Shown in pieces: positions 1 through 16,191 of a DNA stretch of 64,000 nt. Source of the stretch: Balanoglossus misakiensis. Taxonomy: Eukaryota; Animalia; Hemichordata. Location: assembly GCA_040954595.2 (NCBI GenBank), contig CM082586.2:5256509-5320508 (forward strand). Direction: 5' to 3'. Every line of letters starts with the position of its first letter. Position 1 is the first letter of the stretch. A program made the translations under genes and the position numbers. The notes under the pieces were generated by a model. The model was not told the origin of the DNA. It searched no databases and worked only from the letters and a program-made list of their open reading frames with translations.

Positions 1-2048
1 ACGACACCCTACAACGCAGGTAGGTCTTCTAATCGGAGACACTCTCAAAGTCACGATCATATTGATCCGTGAATGCTTAGATAGCACAGGCTACGAAGCC
101 GTACAGAAGTGTGGGGGCATATTTTATGCTGAACAAGATTTCTAAGGACGCTATTTTCCGGATCACAGTCCCTTGGATGTTTAACAAATTGGCAAAATCA
201 TTTTAAAACAAAATTTGACTGAAAATGACATTGTCTAAATTAATGTAAAATGAAAGAAAGTGTTATCTATACGGTAGAAGCTGGCCAGTATTCAGCTGGC
301 CATGTTTGCCTAATTTTTTCTTTCAATTGTATAATTTCTGTGATTTTAAACATTCATATGTAAAAAATCTAGGGACACGTAAATACTGGTATCATAATTC
401 GTAGTGACAGCTGTTCTCATTTCAAATGTCACGTGTGAGCAGTCCTAAAAATCATGTCAACGGGCCTAGAGATGTCAAAACTGTAAGTTACAAACTCTCG
501 TGGTCTAAGTTGACGAACAGATACCTAGTGGTACCTAATAAAGACCCACATATTTGGTAGTTTCGCTGAAATACTATTTGAATGGTGTGTGTTTCAAATT
601 TGATCTAACTCCCCGTTTGTTTGGAAATAATAATCGCGAAGCTCCAGTGTACACAGTCACAACAGCTGTGGCGTATTGCATTGAAGCTGGTTCACTCAGC
701 TGCAGAGGATTTGGCATCCCTTCTTATACACACAATGGTCGCCATATACTATTTCATCTCATGTGGTTGGTATAATCCCCGGTGAAAAAATGCACACAGG
801 AATATATTAGACAAGGGCAATGTGAGCTCCCGGTATCAACCATCCAACACGGGAATGTCGCATTGTCAATCTGCATTTTTGGAAATCACTAGAAATGTAA
901 TTTTCGTCTCATTTTTGTCAGACGTCAGCTGCCCGCTGGGGTTTGCGCCTGGTCACAGCCTCCCGCTGGTGGCGCTGGCCAGTTCTCCTGGATCTGGGAA
1001 CACCTGGTTACGTCATCTGATAGAGCAGGCAACGGGAATCTTTAGTGGCACTACCATAGAATGCAGCCAGCTCCTCCTAGAAGCAGGTATGAGAGGACAC
1101 AATTGTTTCTGCCTGAGGGAAGATACTTCATGTATTTTCGTCTGAAGACTTCATGATGCTATTCATGTTGTACTCATTCGGTTTGTGCTCCTAAATCACG
1201 TGGCGTATTACTTGTGTTACCTAGGAAACAATCTAAATTATTGCCCGACAGAAATAAGCGTGAATAATCAGAAGTGTGGGGTACAAATTATTCCTAAAAT
1301 CATACTGAAGTTCCAACAGTTTCTGATTTAAAATAAAATCTTATTACCCTTGTCAGGATTTCTTGGCGATTGCGTGGATTACTTTTCCGGTACAACGATA
1401 GTTGGTAAAGTCCACAAACCTCGGAAGGCCAAACTATTTGACGCCGTTATTCTGGTGTACCGCAATCCCTACAAAGCACTTTTGGCCGAGTTCAACAGAC
1501 GCCAAGCTGGAAAGACAGGCTTTGCAGAGGAGGAAACGTTCAAAGACAAAGGTTTGTTAAGTAAGATGCGTTATTTTGTTGGAAATTTGCATCTTGTATG
1601 GCTGGTAGTAAGCTAGTAATTACATTGAAAACGGCATTCCAACATTTTTTCGTCTGTGGTCATATATGTTGCGTGTTTTCTTTCAGCCTGGAGAACTTTT
1701 GTCCCAGTTGTGTCCAGCGGCTGGGAAACGAAAACGAGCAAGTGGCTACTAACGAAGAAGCCTCTGTTGGCCATTCGCTACGAAGACGTCAAGGCAGACA
1801 CCCTGAGGGAAGTCGAGAAAATTGTGACGTTCCTGAACGTGACCATGGATGACGCTCGACGGGAATGTGTCCTGCACAACAGAGAGGGCGCTTTTCACCG
1901 GCTAGACAATGCCAGCAAGGCCATGACTTTTGACCCGTTCACAGAAACAATGCATTTGAACATTGACAAGAAAATAGCTAGAGTCAATAAGATTCTTTCT
2001 CAGCGGGGCCTGAAACCTGTGGGCACAGAACCTTATATGTCAACGTAA
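1..2048 (+). CDS. WSCD: WSCD1/2-family sulfotransferase (sialate:O-sulfotransferase-like), 5'-partial; exons <1-19, 922-1086, 1357-1551, 1687-2048
   Basis: Spliced translation contains LVALASSPGSGNTWLRHLIEQATG (PAPS-binding motif as in WSCD1/2), KVH, RNPYKALLAEFNR, RYED and EGAFHR. GT-AG introns are in consistent phase. The N-terminal TM/WSC part lies outside the window, and the 1-19 exon is less certain. Confidence 0.85.
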
Positions 2049-2783
2049 AAAAACTGAAATAGACTTTCAGAGGTCTACAGACCACATAGTAACAGTTTCA
2101 CTACATCATCCCGTTTCAGTGACAATTTTCCTAAAATTTTATTTTTCAGATAAAATTGTTATAATCTGTTGCCATGATTGTAGTGAGGTACACTGTACCA
2201 GTAAATACAGAAATAAAGAAATTAAGTTTAAATTAACTCTTTTCAAAGAGACTGACGAAATAAAATCCTTCAATATTCACAAGACATGCATACCCTCTGC
2301 TAATGTACTGGTTCCGTGCAATCTATTATACAAACCAGTTGGCTAGGAATTGCTGTGGATCTATTGAGGCTGAGCATGTCTTTTTGAACAAATACGTGTA
2401 CGTAAGTTTTGGTATTTCAAAGGGCTAGACATACTCTGACATCCACTGTATTAATGTATCAACTGTAACGTGTGAAAGCCTTCTGATTAAAAGATAATAT
2501 GCTAGTACTTCGTGCAAATTCTGTGACACTTTTGACTATTTTGGTCCTACATATTCGCAACCATTATTGCAACAATAGTTATTGCAAGCAAAAAAATTCA
2601 TAAATACATTCACAAAATGATGGCTGGTGTCACAAAATCGCTATACTTTTGTACAAGATCGACGTCTATCATCAGATCCCTGAGAAAGCAACTAGACAGT
2701 GACCTGACCTTTGGACGAAAAGGTGAGGTTTGTATCGTTTTTACCAGGAAAACACATTCAAAACACTGAGTTGCACTATCTAT

Positions 2784-5414
2784 TCAACTCTGAGGGAGTC
2801 TGCCATTGGGGATTTTCGCTGGAGATTCGTCCCTGCCCTCAGATTCCAAAACGCGAGTCTTGTTCGGTGCCTCCTCCGGGACACGTCTCCGCTTGTTATA
2901 TTCCTCCGCGTCCGAGTCGCGGTGGTCGACCGACCAGAGTTCCGGAAGAAACTGCGGCTCCATGGTGTTCAGGAAGTGACGCCGCCACTCCTTCTCGAAC
3001 TCGATGAGCCCGCCCTCGCGCCGACTGACCAGGCCGATGACCTTCTCGCCGTGCGAAACGTAATCGTCGTTCGAGATTTTCGCGTCGAGGGTGACGCACT
3101 CCTCGATTTGGCCGTCGGTCAAAACGTCAACACCGAGAAAGTCTCGGACGGTTCTCTCGAGCTCGTACACCCTCTCCTCGGGCAGTTTATGCTTGTTGTA
3201 CTTCAACGCCCTGGCCGCCGATCGCACTTTGACCTTCGTGGTGTCGTCATAGAAACGGCTGTGCTCGTGGTTTGGCAACGGAGCGTCGTACCTGTCGGCC
3301 ATTTTCTTTCTCATCACGCTGTCGTAGTTTGAACTCTTCTGGTGGCAGGTGAAACAGAGCAGGACAACGTCGTGCGACGAGTGTTCCTTGAGATGTGTTG
3401 GGAAGTACCTATCAGAGTAATCAGAATGTCACACAGTTACATCATGATGTTTCTATACAGTTACAAGTTACATTTAGCCTGTGTTAAACATACAAAACGG
3501 CTTGTACTTACTTTCTGTATTCATGGGGTACAACATTCTTCCTAATATAGGATTCTTTGGCACCACACACGACACACTGGTTTTCCTTCTCTTTCAAGTA
3601 GTAATTCCGCTCCGATCCAGGCCGTCCGGAAGGCTCGAACTTCAGACGGACGACAAGAGGCTCTTCGGTGACGACCTCCCCGATGCCTTTTGCGACATAC
3701 CATTCCGCTTTCTTCCTATCGCACGTGCACAGCTGCTGACCGTCCGGGGCTTCTAATTGACAGTTGTGATACAGCGGCTCCTTGCGGGCAGAGTAAGCTT
3801 TACAATTCGCGTTCGCCTGGAATTTCTTGGATTTTGTTTTCCCGCTGACTTTTCCGCCGTGCCTGGGACCGCCTCTCTGTTTGAATTTCTCGTCCACGAT
3901 CCCCTGGCACAGGCTCATGGCTCGGATCCAGTTTCTGTCCTCGCTGAGCTCGTCCACGGACGAGTTCAGTTTCTCTAACGCCAAGACGAGGAAGATCTTC
4001 AGCGCCGATATGGCGTCCTCGGCCGCGTACCAAACCTGTCTCTGGCTCAACTCCTCGCTCTCCCAGTCCCCGCAGCGGACTTGGGCGGACTTATCGAGCT
4101 TCTGCGACAGTATCGCATCCGAGAGATCAGCCAAGCTCCCCGTGGTTGTAGTTCTCAGTACCGGTCGATGTCTGTAAGCAAACGTCCTGAGATCTATGCA
4201 ACCTCTCACGGTGAACCCATAGTCCCTGTGAAGTTTCCTGCAGTCTTCCATCACACCAACTCCCACTTTTAAGATGCTGCGTACACAGCAGGAAAAGAAA
4301 AGATAACGTGAAGACTGACAAGAAAATCACAAGAAATACTTTTCTGATTCATAAGTAGTCAGCGAGAGAATACGAGTCCATCTTTCATGGAATTTTACCA
4401 GTACATGTATGATGCGAGTTGTCTGTTACTGAAGCAAAATAAAATTCGAACAACAGCTTTGTCTATCAGTGTTCTCTGGTCTGCTTGCTAAAATTTGCCA
4501 GTTCATTTCCTGTACAAACTTAAGGTAGTATGACATAGAAGTCCCAGTGGGAGGGGACACTTACCTTCTATCTTGAAGCAGATCTTGCAAATTCTCTGGC
4601 ATCGTTTCCTTGATTTTGTGTAACCTTATCAGACAGCAGTGCTCTAGCGACGACAGTTGCAACAGAGAAACTGCATTGGCGTGTCCGTTGTGTGCAACCC
4701 ATTCGCAGTCCAGTCCAATGACCTGGTATACGAATATTTCTCATGTAGGCATTTCAATAGGATTTTATTTCCAGTGAAGTAAGGATGCAAATTTCAACTA
4801 GAAAGCCTCCATTAATGTATAAAGGAAGCTATGTACGTAAAACAGGTGATCATTTGTAGCAAAGTACATTATATGTATGAATTTAATTTTTTTTTCATCA
4901 AAAATTACTGAGACCTTCTGTTGACATTATCTCTGTGTAATAAATAAGCTTCAAATAGTTTACTGCAATGATCTTATGGTTAACATTTAGTCTGTGGCAA
5001 ATCAATGATTTAGCCATTATTTTTATGTTAAAGGGACAATAGTTGGTGGCAGGTATTGTCCCTTTAACCTAAAAATAAGCCAAAGGATGCATTATAGTGC
5101 AGTAAACATTGATGCGGCCCTATTACCTTGACTCCACTTATCTCCATTGCACTTTTCATCAATTCTATTGCCTTCTCAGTCTGAACTTCGGAATCAGCGA
5201 CTGATATTTTGATGGACTTCTCGATGACTTCCTGGAGGTTTTCACTGATGCTGACGTCACTGTCATCGTCTGCTGATTGGCTCTCGCTGCTCTCACTGGC
5301 GCTTGAATCTTCCACGTCTTGTCGTCGGTTTCGCTTCCTGCTTATGATGAACCATGTTACCATAGCAGCAATGGCAGACAAGGTGATGGGTACTACATAC
5401 CTCCTCCATGTCAT
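2784..5414 (-). CDS. EXD2: Exonuclease 3'-5' domain-containing protein 2; exons 5414-5127, 4722-4565, 4276-3512, 3408-2784 (~611 aa)
   Basis: N-terminal TM anchor (VVPITLSAIAAMVTWFII), DEDDy motifs VIGLDCEW, ILKVGVGVMED and YAAEDA. EXD2-typical C-terminal region LYHNCQLEAPDGQQLCTCDRKKAEWY / NQCVVCG / VPHEYRKYFP / SHDVVLLC. Exon sum 1836 nt is in frame. Confidence 0.93.
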
Positions 5415-5841
5415 CCTAAGAAGAATATTATTCAGACAGAAATTGATTGGCAGTTAATATCGTGAAGCCCGGACATTCAATGACGTCATTCAACCGTGTC
5501 TGTGATCATCTCATACTGCGCCACACACGGTCACTTGGAGTGGAATTACAATATCGGACCTCAAAATCGAGCATATGTTTGCCTGTTTACCAGACCATTC
5601 AGACACTTATAGAGCTTAGCAATAAAAGATCCAATGAAACAAAGATCGGGTTCATTTCGCCCACGAATGTCTGACAACCACTGACCTTGGCGACTTGTGT
5701 TACGTAAATTTATACATACAAGACATGGTTAGATGCCCTTCAGACTTGTGAAGGTTTACACAAAGTGAACGGTGCGCTGTCTGTCACATTCATGAAATAC
5801 ATCGGACGCCAACACAGTACAGCTAACATGCATGTGATTAC

Positions 5842-6258
5842 CTGACAAAAGCTCTACCTCACAAGATTCTATCCTTTCACCAAACCAGACGGTGTTATCA
5901 GACATCCATGGAGCTTTCCATTCACGTTCGGTTCAGTTCAGGTCAGATTTTGACCTCTGACCGTCGACCTTAACGGACGATACTACTCTACTATAGGAGT
6001 GCCATTATCCAGCTTATGCTTTCGATACTACTATCGTGGTTTAAAATACCGCGATATTTTTATCATGTTATATGTGTGTTTTGTTAATTTATGTTTGAAG
6101 TTTTGCTATTTGATTAGCGTACTATTTTTTCGGGGTACTTTACAACCTGGTACGCAGAATATTGGATTGGTCTAAATTTTGGTAGATAATAGATTTACCA
6201 AACGAACAAACGGAAGAGTCGCCATTTTGCGAACCAGAAGACAGAAAATCGTGAATCG
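5842..6258. promoter_or_regulatory. Candidate bidirectional promoter region EXD2/PSMD14
   Basis: Donor of a non-coding EXD2 exon at 5841 (minus) and of a non-coding PSMD14 exon at 6259 (GTAAGA). Two inverted CCAAT boxes (ATTGGATTGG 6161-6170), an ETS core CGGAAG 6211-6216 and a YY1-like CGCCATTTT 6220-6228. Confidence 0.55.
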
Positions 6259-6585
6259 GTAAGACTTGCAAGTTCCGTGATAACACATAGTGGAAGCTAT
6301 TCCAAATCAATCAGCAGGGTTGTATCTATAGACCAATAGCTGTACATTTTACTGAATATTTCACAATGTCTTGATTAATCTATATGGTAAAGTTACAGCT
6401 AACCGGTACTTGGCCACAACGTGTGTTTATGTGTATGTGCGAATGACTTGCAGAAAGAAAGCATGGTTTGCATAAACATTGTCTTTACAACAGTTAACAC
6501 CCATAAAGTGATGCACATTGTCTGTTAATTTGCTTGTAGGGTAACTTATCTTACTACTGCCAGCCACTGCATACACTGAATAGAC

Positions 6586-8535
<1,950 letters not shown>

Positions 8536-10075
8536 ATGTATCTGGGTATAAGTTTTTAAGTTCTCTAGGGGCTGATGATGTATTTGACGGATACATTTTC
8601 AGTTTTCTATGCTCTGGGTCATCAATGTCCATATATCAGCATCACAGTTACAATCACTCCGTTCTTTAGAGATACTGCATATTGGATGCAAGTAAAGAAA
8701 TCCAACACGACTGTACCCGCTACAGTTGACGCAAGACTCTTTGTAATGTCCAAATGATGTTTTTTTGAGCTCAGCTGGTCATGCAGGAAATTGTTCAATG
8801 TCTTTCAATCATCACCATGTATAATGGCTAAGAAGCTGAACTTGTTTCTTGTACATGATTTGTAGGTAGTTGCATGCTCAGTACACTTGCAACCAATTTC
8901 TCGAAACCTGCAGTTGTCAAAATCCCCAGTTATGCATATTTATAAGGGTTATCATAACCATCTTTTCTCATTTGTTAACATGCACAAGAGACAGTATGAA
9001 CAATTATTTTCTTTTCAGAATGGATAAATAAAATTTGAATTTATAGAAACTGTCCCTTTGGCATTCTTTCTCCTGATCCCCTAACTTCAGATCCAACAGT
9101 ATTCAGGCATTGACTACATATGTGCATCAAATATGCATGTCACCTGATAAACGCACAGTGTATTCACTCAAAAGTGACTATGTCTAGTCCCAGGAATAAG
9201 CCAATCACATTGTGTCTTCCATAAAGCAAATGTTTACCACTTCATCAAGAGACATCCTTTCTGATTGGCTCCATTGCTCCCCCCCAACAGACATTCCAAG
9301 AGGAAACGCCGTTTAAATTCAATATTTTACTTATTTGTTTTAACTAAATACAGTGAAAATTGCTGAGAACTTACAAGTCAGCATACACAAGTCATCAATG
9401 TAAATTCCATTTAAAATATTTCACATTTTGTAAAACCATCTGATTATGCAAAACTTGTAAAGGTGAACAAAAAGTGTTTTCCCCCCCAATTTTATATAAT
9501 ACATGTACACATACTTAATAGTGCTCTCAACAAAATTGCACACATACAGGTATTCATTATGGGAGCAAAAATGTCCATTTGATAGCGTCCTGGGCATATT
9601 TTGTATTCTATGAAATGATCTTGCCTCACCAAGCCTGCTGGAACGATTATCACCCAAGTCACTTGCTTTGGGCATAGCATGAACACCTGTGACAAAACTG
9701 CACATTTCTAAAAAAAAAACATATCTATGTACAGCATCAGAGGTGATTTGGCTCCGCGTCCAAGCTCAATAATTATACAGTCATCACTGTAAATTCAACT
9801 CATACAAAAAAAATAATGTGTGCAAAATCCAAAGTTGCACTTTTGCCCATAGGACTTGCCTCCCATTCCTCTTTATATGTAGAATACGCACAATTACTAG
9901 CCTACAGTGTACTCACTTTCACAATTACAATGTTTTCTACAATTAACAAGTTCATAACATTATCATGAGATTACACCATCAGCTCGAGAGTTTGATCTCA
10001 CAAAATACATTCTTACACAAAACAGCAAAGTTACATGTATATGGTGTACACATCATGTAATTCATCTACCTCATT

Positions 10076-10100
10076 CCCCCCCCCCCCCCCCCCCCCCCCC
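10076..10100. repeat. Poly-C/poly-G homopolymer (~25 nt)
   Basis: Run of C directly visible. Confidence 0.9.
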
Positions 10101-10173
10101 TCAGATCTGTAGAGATCCAACTCTTCCACAGAAAACAACGGCTTTGGACCAAACCAGTGGTGAAAGGGGTTAA
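10101..10173. mobile_element. Partial copy (right end) of the small TTAA-ended MITE family also at 12583
   Basis: TTGGACCAAACCAGTGGTGAAAGGGGTTAA matches the right end of the 12583-12675 element (TTGGACCAAACCACGGCGGTGAACGGGTGAA). Confidence 0.5.
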
Positions 10174-11682
10174 GCCATAGTGGATGTGCAAGTTCATTGG
10201 ACACTGGTGACAAAAAAGGCAATGCCAAAAGCTGTACATTTGTGCCCCTAACACTCTCGTTTCACACATCCACTGCTGATCAACTAAAAATTGCAAGTTC
10301 ATTTGACCTGATCATTTCTTGAAAACCTGGCCAAACTCTGAGACAGGACTGTTTCACTATTTAATACTGGATTCACCGCATTATTTCCAGAACAAATATC
10401 AGAATAAATACATCTCACCAAGATCATTTTTCTGACATGGTTCTGCATACAGAAACAGGGAATACTATTTTAGCTTCGCACAGGTGCAATCAAAGATGAA
10501 TAATATGCAAAGAATAGGTGTACACCTGGGTCCTCTCTTGAATGTTATATAAAAGCCTTGTTCAGTACGCCAGCTAATAAATAAAGTCAGTGAGCTTTTT
10601 AAATACGCAGACATACACTTTGAGAAATGTATGGTATAATCAAGCATTTTTCCAGAGATGTTTCTCAGCATTTTTCTAGTGTTTTTGATAGGAGTGTAGT
10701 TGTGTGCATTGCAAGAAAAAAAAAGGTGAGGTTAAGTCATAAAAAGAAGATGGGTAGACAGTTAGAAAGAGAAGTAACATTGAAAGTCAAAAACATTGAT
10801 TGGGAGTTTGGCTCAAGAATAGAACAGTTGAAACTCTACCCACACCAGGAAATTTCAGACACCAATCGGAAAAGAGTCTGAATGGGACACTTTGCCTAAT
10901 TTTTCATTCTGAGCCCAAAATTACATACAAAATGTGATTGTCCTGAAAATCCTGATGGGAAAAACCTACATGTATGTTTTTTTTTCCAAATGGCCGTATG
11001 GTGTTTCAAAGTGTTTGTTGAAACCGTCTTTGAGGCAAACTATTTAGCAATTAAGCACAGTGGTGTTACATAGACTTTTACCTAGTTTCTATCTAACCGT
11101 TTAGCAGCTCTAAGATCAGAATATATTACATTCATATCAATATGTACATTTGGTTAATATGTTTTTCGGAAACTTAAATAATTGTCCCCCCTTTTAAAGC
11201 AACACAAACTGATCAGTGTTCTTTCTGATTTCTGTCTCATTCTCTTTAACATTGAAATATGATACTGCTATATTGGAAATGGCACTCTGTCATGTTCTCT
11301 AAAGCTCTCACTAAGATGAACAGCTGAGAACAGAAATGGACACAGTACAGTTGCACGTCCTTGAAAGACCAGGATGTATGACCCTGCGGTACCAGGATGT
11401 GTGACCTGGCAGTCCCAGGATGTTTGACCCCGGCCTGAAGCACTAGGCTGAATAAATTGATAATCACAAGGGTATAAAACAGTCAGGATATAAAAAAATT
11501 TAGGACACAGCAGAACATGATCGGCCTCTTGCCATGGGATCACATTCCCTGGTAAGACGAAAATTCCACATAAAAGTAATTTTTACCTGTCAAGTTTATC
11601 AGAATGCAAGCCAAGCAAAAACTGGCAGTTACACAGAAGAATGCCATTATTTATATTTTATCTGTCGGGGGTTCTGACATTA

Positions 11683-14600
11683 CTATAAGAGTTGTTGCTG
11701 GGGTTGGGGTGGCTGTGTGTACATGGGCTGTGACATTGGAGGAGGCATGCTACTGGGCCCCCCACCACCGTTGTAACTGGTGGCAACCACTGTGACTGGT
11801 TGCTGCATGCTGGCTGGATTCATTGGTGGCAGCGACTGGCTGTAACCGGTACTCGGCACCGACGATGTGGGCATTCCACTGCAATAAAGACACACAGATC
11901 TACATCAATACACTTACATGTACATGGGTTTAGAAATTTAATTTTGGCTGGTGTTCTGCTCGATGAAAGTTGACCCTGTTCTCGTTCCAAATCAGTAAAA
12001 CTCACGCCAGAATCTGCATTTACTTGATTAGAAGATCAAATTAACCCACATTTGCCACATACATATATCATTATACACATGTATAGCAATTACCTTGCTG
12101 AGTACTGCATCTGTGACATTGGTGGCATGGAGCTCATGGCCGGCATTTGACCCTGCGCCATTGGGCCCTGTGGTGGAAGCTGACCTTGTGTGGGAATTTG
12201 ACCTTGTGCCATGGGCGGTCCCTGACCTGGTGGTGGCATCTGACCTTGGGCCATGGGTGGCCCTTGACCTTGCTGGGGAGGTGGCATGTGTTGGCCCTGT
12301 GGTGGCGGTGGTCCCTGCTGAATGTACTGGCCTGGTGGTCCGTACGGCTGAAAGTACAAGAATGGCACCATTTCAAAAAGTGGTATACCCATACAATGTA
12401 CACAATATAGTTACCGACAAAATACTGCCATTTAGGTTAGGCCAAAGTAAAAATAAACTGTAGGATTACATCATTACATTGAGAACTACTAGTTACAGAT
12501 TTTGATAACAATTATAAGGGAGATTTGAAGACTTGGCATTTCAAAGAAACTGCAATACTTTTAACATTATCACTGTACATCCTTAACCCTTTCACCCCTG
12601 TTTCCCTCTTTAGAGGTCTAACTTTACCATATAACACAACGAAATTGGACCAAACCACGGCGGTGAACGGGTGAAATCAAATACACGGCGGACAGAATCT
12701 CACCTGCTGCATGGGAAGATTTTGAGGCATCGCCTGAACCTTGTTGTAGGAGTACGCGTAGTACGGCGCGTCCTTCATCAGATTGTGGTACATTTCCAGC
12801 GCCTGTCGCAGCTTCTCGCTGAGCGCCGACAGATCTGCGTGCTTGCGGTCAATCTTCTCTAACTCAGTGTCTATCAGTGGCCCCATCTGCTTGCACTGAT
12901 CTGAAAATAACCATGCACCCAGGTTGTCACGTTACCGTCTTTTTAATGAACAGCAAATCAGTTAGTAATTGTATCTCTTTTAGAGGAGCACGTTTATCCA
13001 CTTATGATTTTTGTCTGTACTGATTCAACTAATTTTCTTTTATTTCAATATACACCTTATCTATAGCTGTCACAAATCGTAGACATTTCAAGATATACTG
13101 TATACAACCCACAAGTTCAGTGAATACAAGTACATTGTCTGTCAGTGGGTATTGCCTGTACCCGAGTGAAACTGTCACAATTCAACTGCCCTGTTTGACT
13201 TCACATTAGTCTTGACACTAACACACTACCGGAACCATAACATTTCTGTGTACATGAACATCCACGCACGCAGGCAACCAGCAGTGAACATCTCGTCTCA
13301 CCTTCCAGTATAAGCATCTCCTGTGTGTCCGGTCTCTCCATGCCAGTGGGATCGGCATTCTGCAGCAACTCCAGCGCCATCTCCATCTTCTCCTCTTCGA
13401 TCTCGGCCACGGGCGCCGGCGTTTCCAGCATCCTCACTTCAACCTCCTCGTTGAACTGCACAGATTTGGGCTTGATCACTGTAAACGGTGGACGACAAGG
13501 TGTGAGTTTGCGGACGTAGATATCACACTAAATGAACTTTGCATGCAGCAATCAACGTAACGTCGCTTACCAGGTTCGGGTTCTGCGGTCAAATCGGCCG
13601 TGACAAAGTTGGATGGAAACAATCCACTCCCTCGGGAGTTCTCTCCCTTCCACCAGTTGGCGTCGCTGAGAAATAAAAATTTGATCAAAGTTAAATAGTG
13701 AAACAGGTTGGCAATTCGGATGTAACAATGACTGGCTTAGTATCATGCAATGTATTTATTGAATACTGCTATTCTGTAAAACGCCACTGAATTGTAACAT
13801 ACACGCAAAACAAAACAAAACAAAGCTACACAAAACTAAACTAAACAGAAAAAAAAAGACAAAACAAACTGACCTATCATCAATAACTGTGATGAACTCT
13901 CCAGCCTTGAAGGTCAACTCATTGTCTTCCGCGGCTTCAAAGTCATAAAGTGCCTTGACCGTTCTCTGCTCTCTCTTCCTTGGAGGAGACGAAGACAGCG
14001 CACTTGGATACAGACTGGACGTCTTGGGACTTTCGTTTTCCTTTAATGAAAGCTGAATAGCTGAAAAACAACAGATTTACATTAAGTTATTTTGCCACTT
14101 ACATTGCAAATGGTACCAAGTCATTTACATTTACATGTAGTTTGACCAGAGTCGAGTATCAAAGATAGCTGTATATCGCATGGATCAGAGTCAATGCTGT
14201 ACCATTTTTCTGGTAGAAGTATCAAACCTCTTTAACTTGGTTCATGTATTTATTCATATAAAACTTATTTTAAATTTTCAGTGTATCACATCACTTAGAT
14301 GGTGATGGTTATTGACTAAATGTCTGGACTCTTCTTGATGTTGTTTTACACACCTTTCGCTATGTCATCTTCTTCTTGCTGTGACGATACTACGTTAGGG
14401 TCTTTGCTGACTACTGGCGTGCTTGTTTTGGTCTGAAGAGAAGAACATTAACACAGACAATTAAATGATAATCACCATGTCAATCTGAAGTTTCTGAACC
14501 AATCACATCTCTGCAGCAAATGTACATTAGTAATGAGTAATGTACATTTGCCCAAACTGGTTGATCCTTTCGCCCTGATTCCTGGACGTATGGTTCCAAC

Positions 14601-16093
14601 CAAGCTGTCGAAAACACTGAGGATGTACATGGGGGAGGGGGAACTCACCTGGTCAAGTGGACTGAAACTGACGCCTTCTGCTTTCAAACTATTGTACAGT
14701 GAGGGGATCAAACTGGAACACACAAAAAATATTTAGATTTAGAAAATATTATTCAAACCCATTCCCAATCAAAAGATGTCATTTTAATCACCATCTGATG
14801 CTTACTACACAATCACCTCCTAGTGTACATGTATGATCATAATAATTTGGAAATCATACAAAAAACAATCACAAACACTTTCTGTGTAAGGAAGATTCAT
14901 GAACTCACTTGAGTTGTGGATCCCCTTTGAACTCCTCCGCCCATTCTTTGATTAGTAGTTTCAGCTTGTCTCCTACTTTCGGATGACCCTGTGAAATACA
15001 AGTGTGACAGTCATAAAATGTGTGCTGTGTCATAATACGATACCTTTTTGTTTGGACAATCATTCACAGCGCCCTCAAGCATGCAATCTCAGCAGGACCA
15101 TCATGAGGGAGTGAGTGACCTTGCAACATTATCTGAAGGACATCCCCCCCCACTCAACAACACTACTTGAGTGATTCAGCCATTCATATCTATTTCAATG
15201 CAAAGGTGCTGACCTTATATGTACACACAATCTGACTGGAACTTACATTTCACATTTTTTCCGAGTGTAATCCAAGTATTTCCCATGTTTTTTAAGCTCA
15301 AACTACGACCTACAGTACCCATGTAACTCCCACTAGCTCAAGTTGTGTACATGTTTGAATGATGCCTTACCTTTGAAATTATCATTCTAGCTTCAGTACA
15401 GAAGTCTCTTGAGCACACTTCGAGGTGAAATATCTTGCCACAGTTGCTGACACAAGCACCAAGAAGCTGGAGAGGTAACATGGTTAACAATGAATGAGAG
15501 AATGAATAAATGAATGCATGAACCAACCGTCTCAGACAGAGTAACACTATACAGGAAAAGACTAGTGTTATCCAGAATGATACATGTTTAGAAACCATTG
15601 ATATACTTGTAATGAACCTACGATGGTGGTTTCAGAGACTTACCGTGAGAGCTTGCATACACACGTGGGGAATAGAGTGCTTGATTCGTTTCATAATTGC
15701 ACGGAGACAGTCCTTTGGGCTGTGAAGAGGAACAGAATGAAGTAAGCTTAGCCCTTGGGTTGGCCCAGTGAAAACCCACTAAAAAGTAAGAATTTCAAAA
15801 TCACTATTTGACAACAGGAGTCTAGAGTTCAGACTGCGGTTGTGACCAGTCATTATCTACATCACTACGTACTTATTATTACTAATACTAGTTTCTTATT
15901 GGTAACTCAAAGCCTGGAACAAGAATAGACACTTTGTACATACCCATTGGTAACTCTACCAACTCTATCACATATGTCCATTATCAAAGCCCAATCCTCT
16001 GCAGTATTCAGTTCACTAGTGACTTTCTCTGAAAAATAAAAAAAATAGCAATAAATGTGTTTACTTTCAAATTATAGTACTTGATTAGTACCC

Positions 16094-16191
<98 letters not shown>

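Noticed and set aside
2730-3332. 200-aa plus-strand ORF
   Set aside because: It is the antisense shadow of the GC-rich last EXD2 exon and has no recognisable motifs.
14530-14605. Possible cassette exon in STAM intron 6
   Set aside because: A plausible acceptor but no convincing GT donor, and the flanking exons already join in frame.
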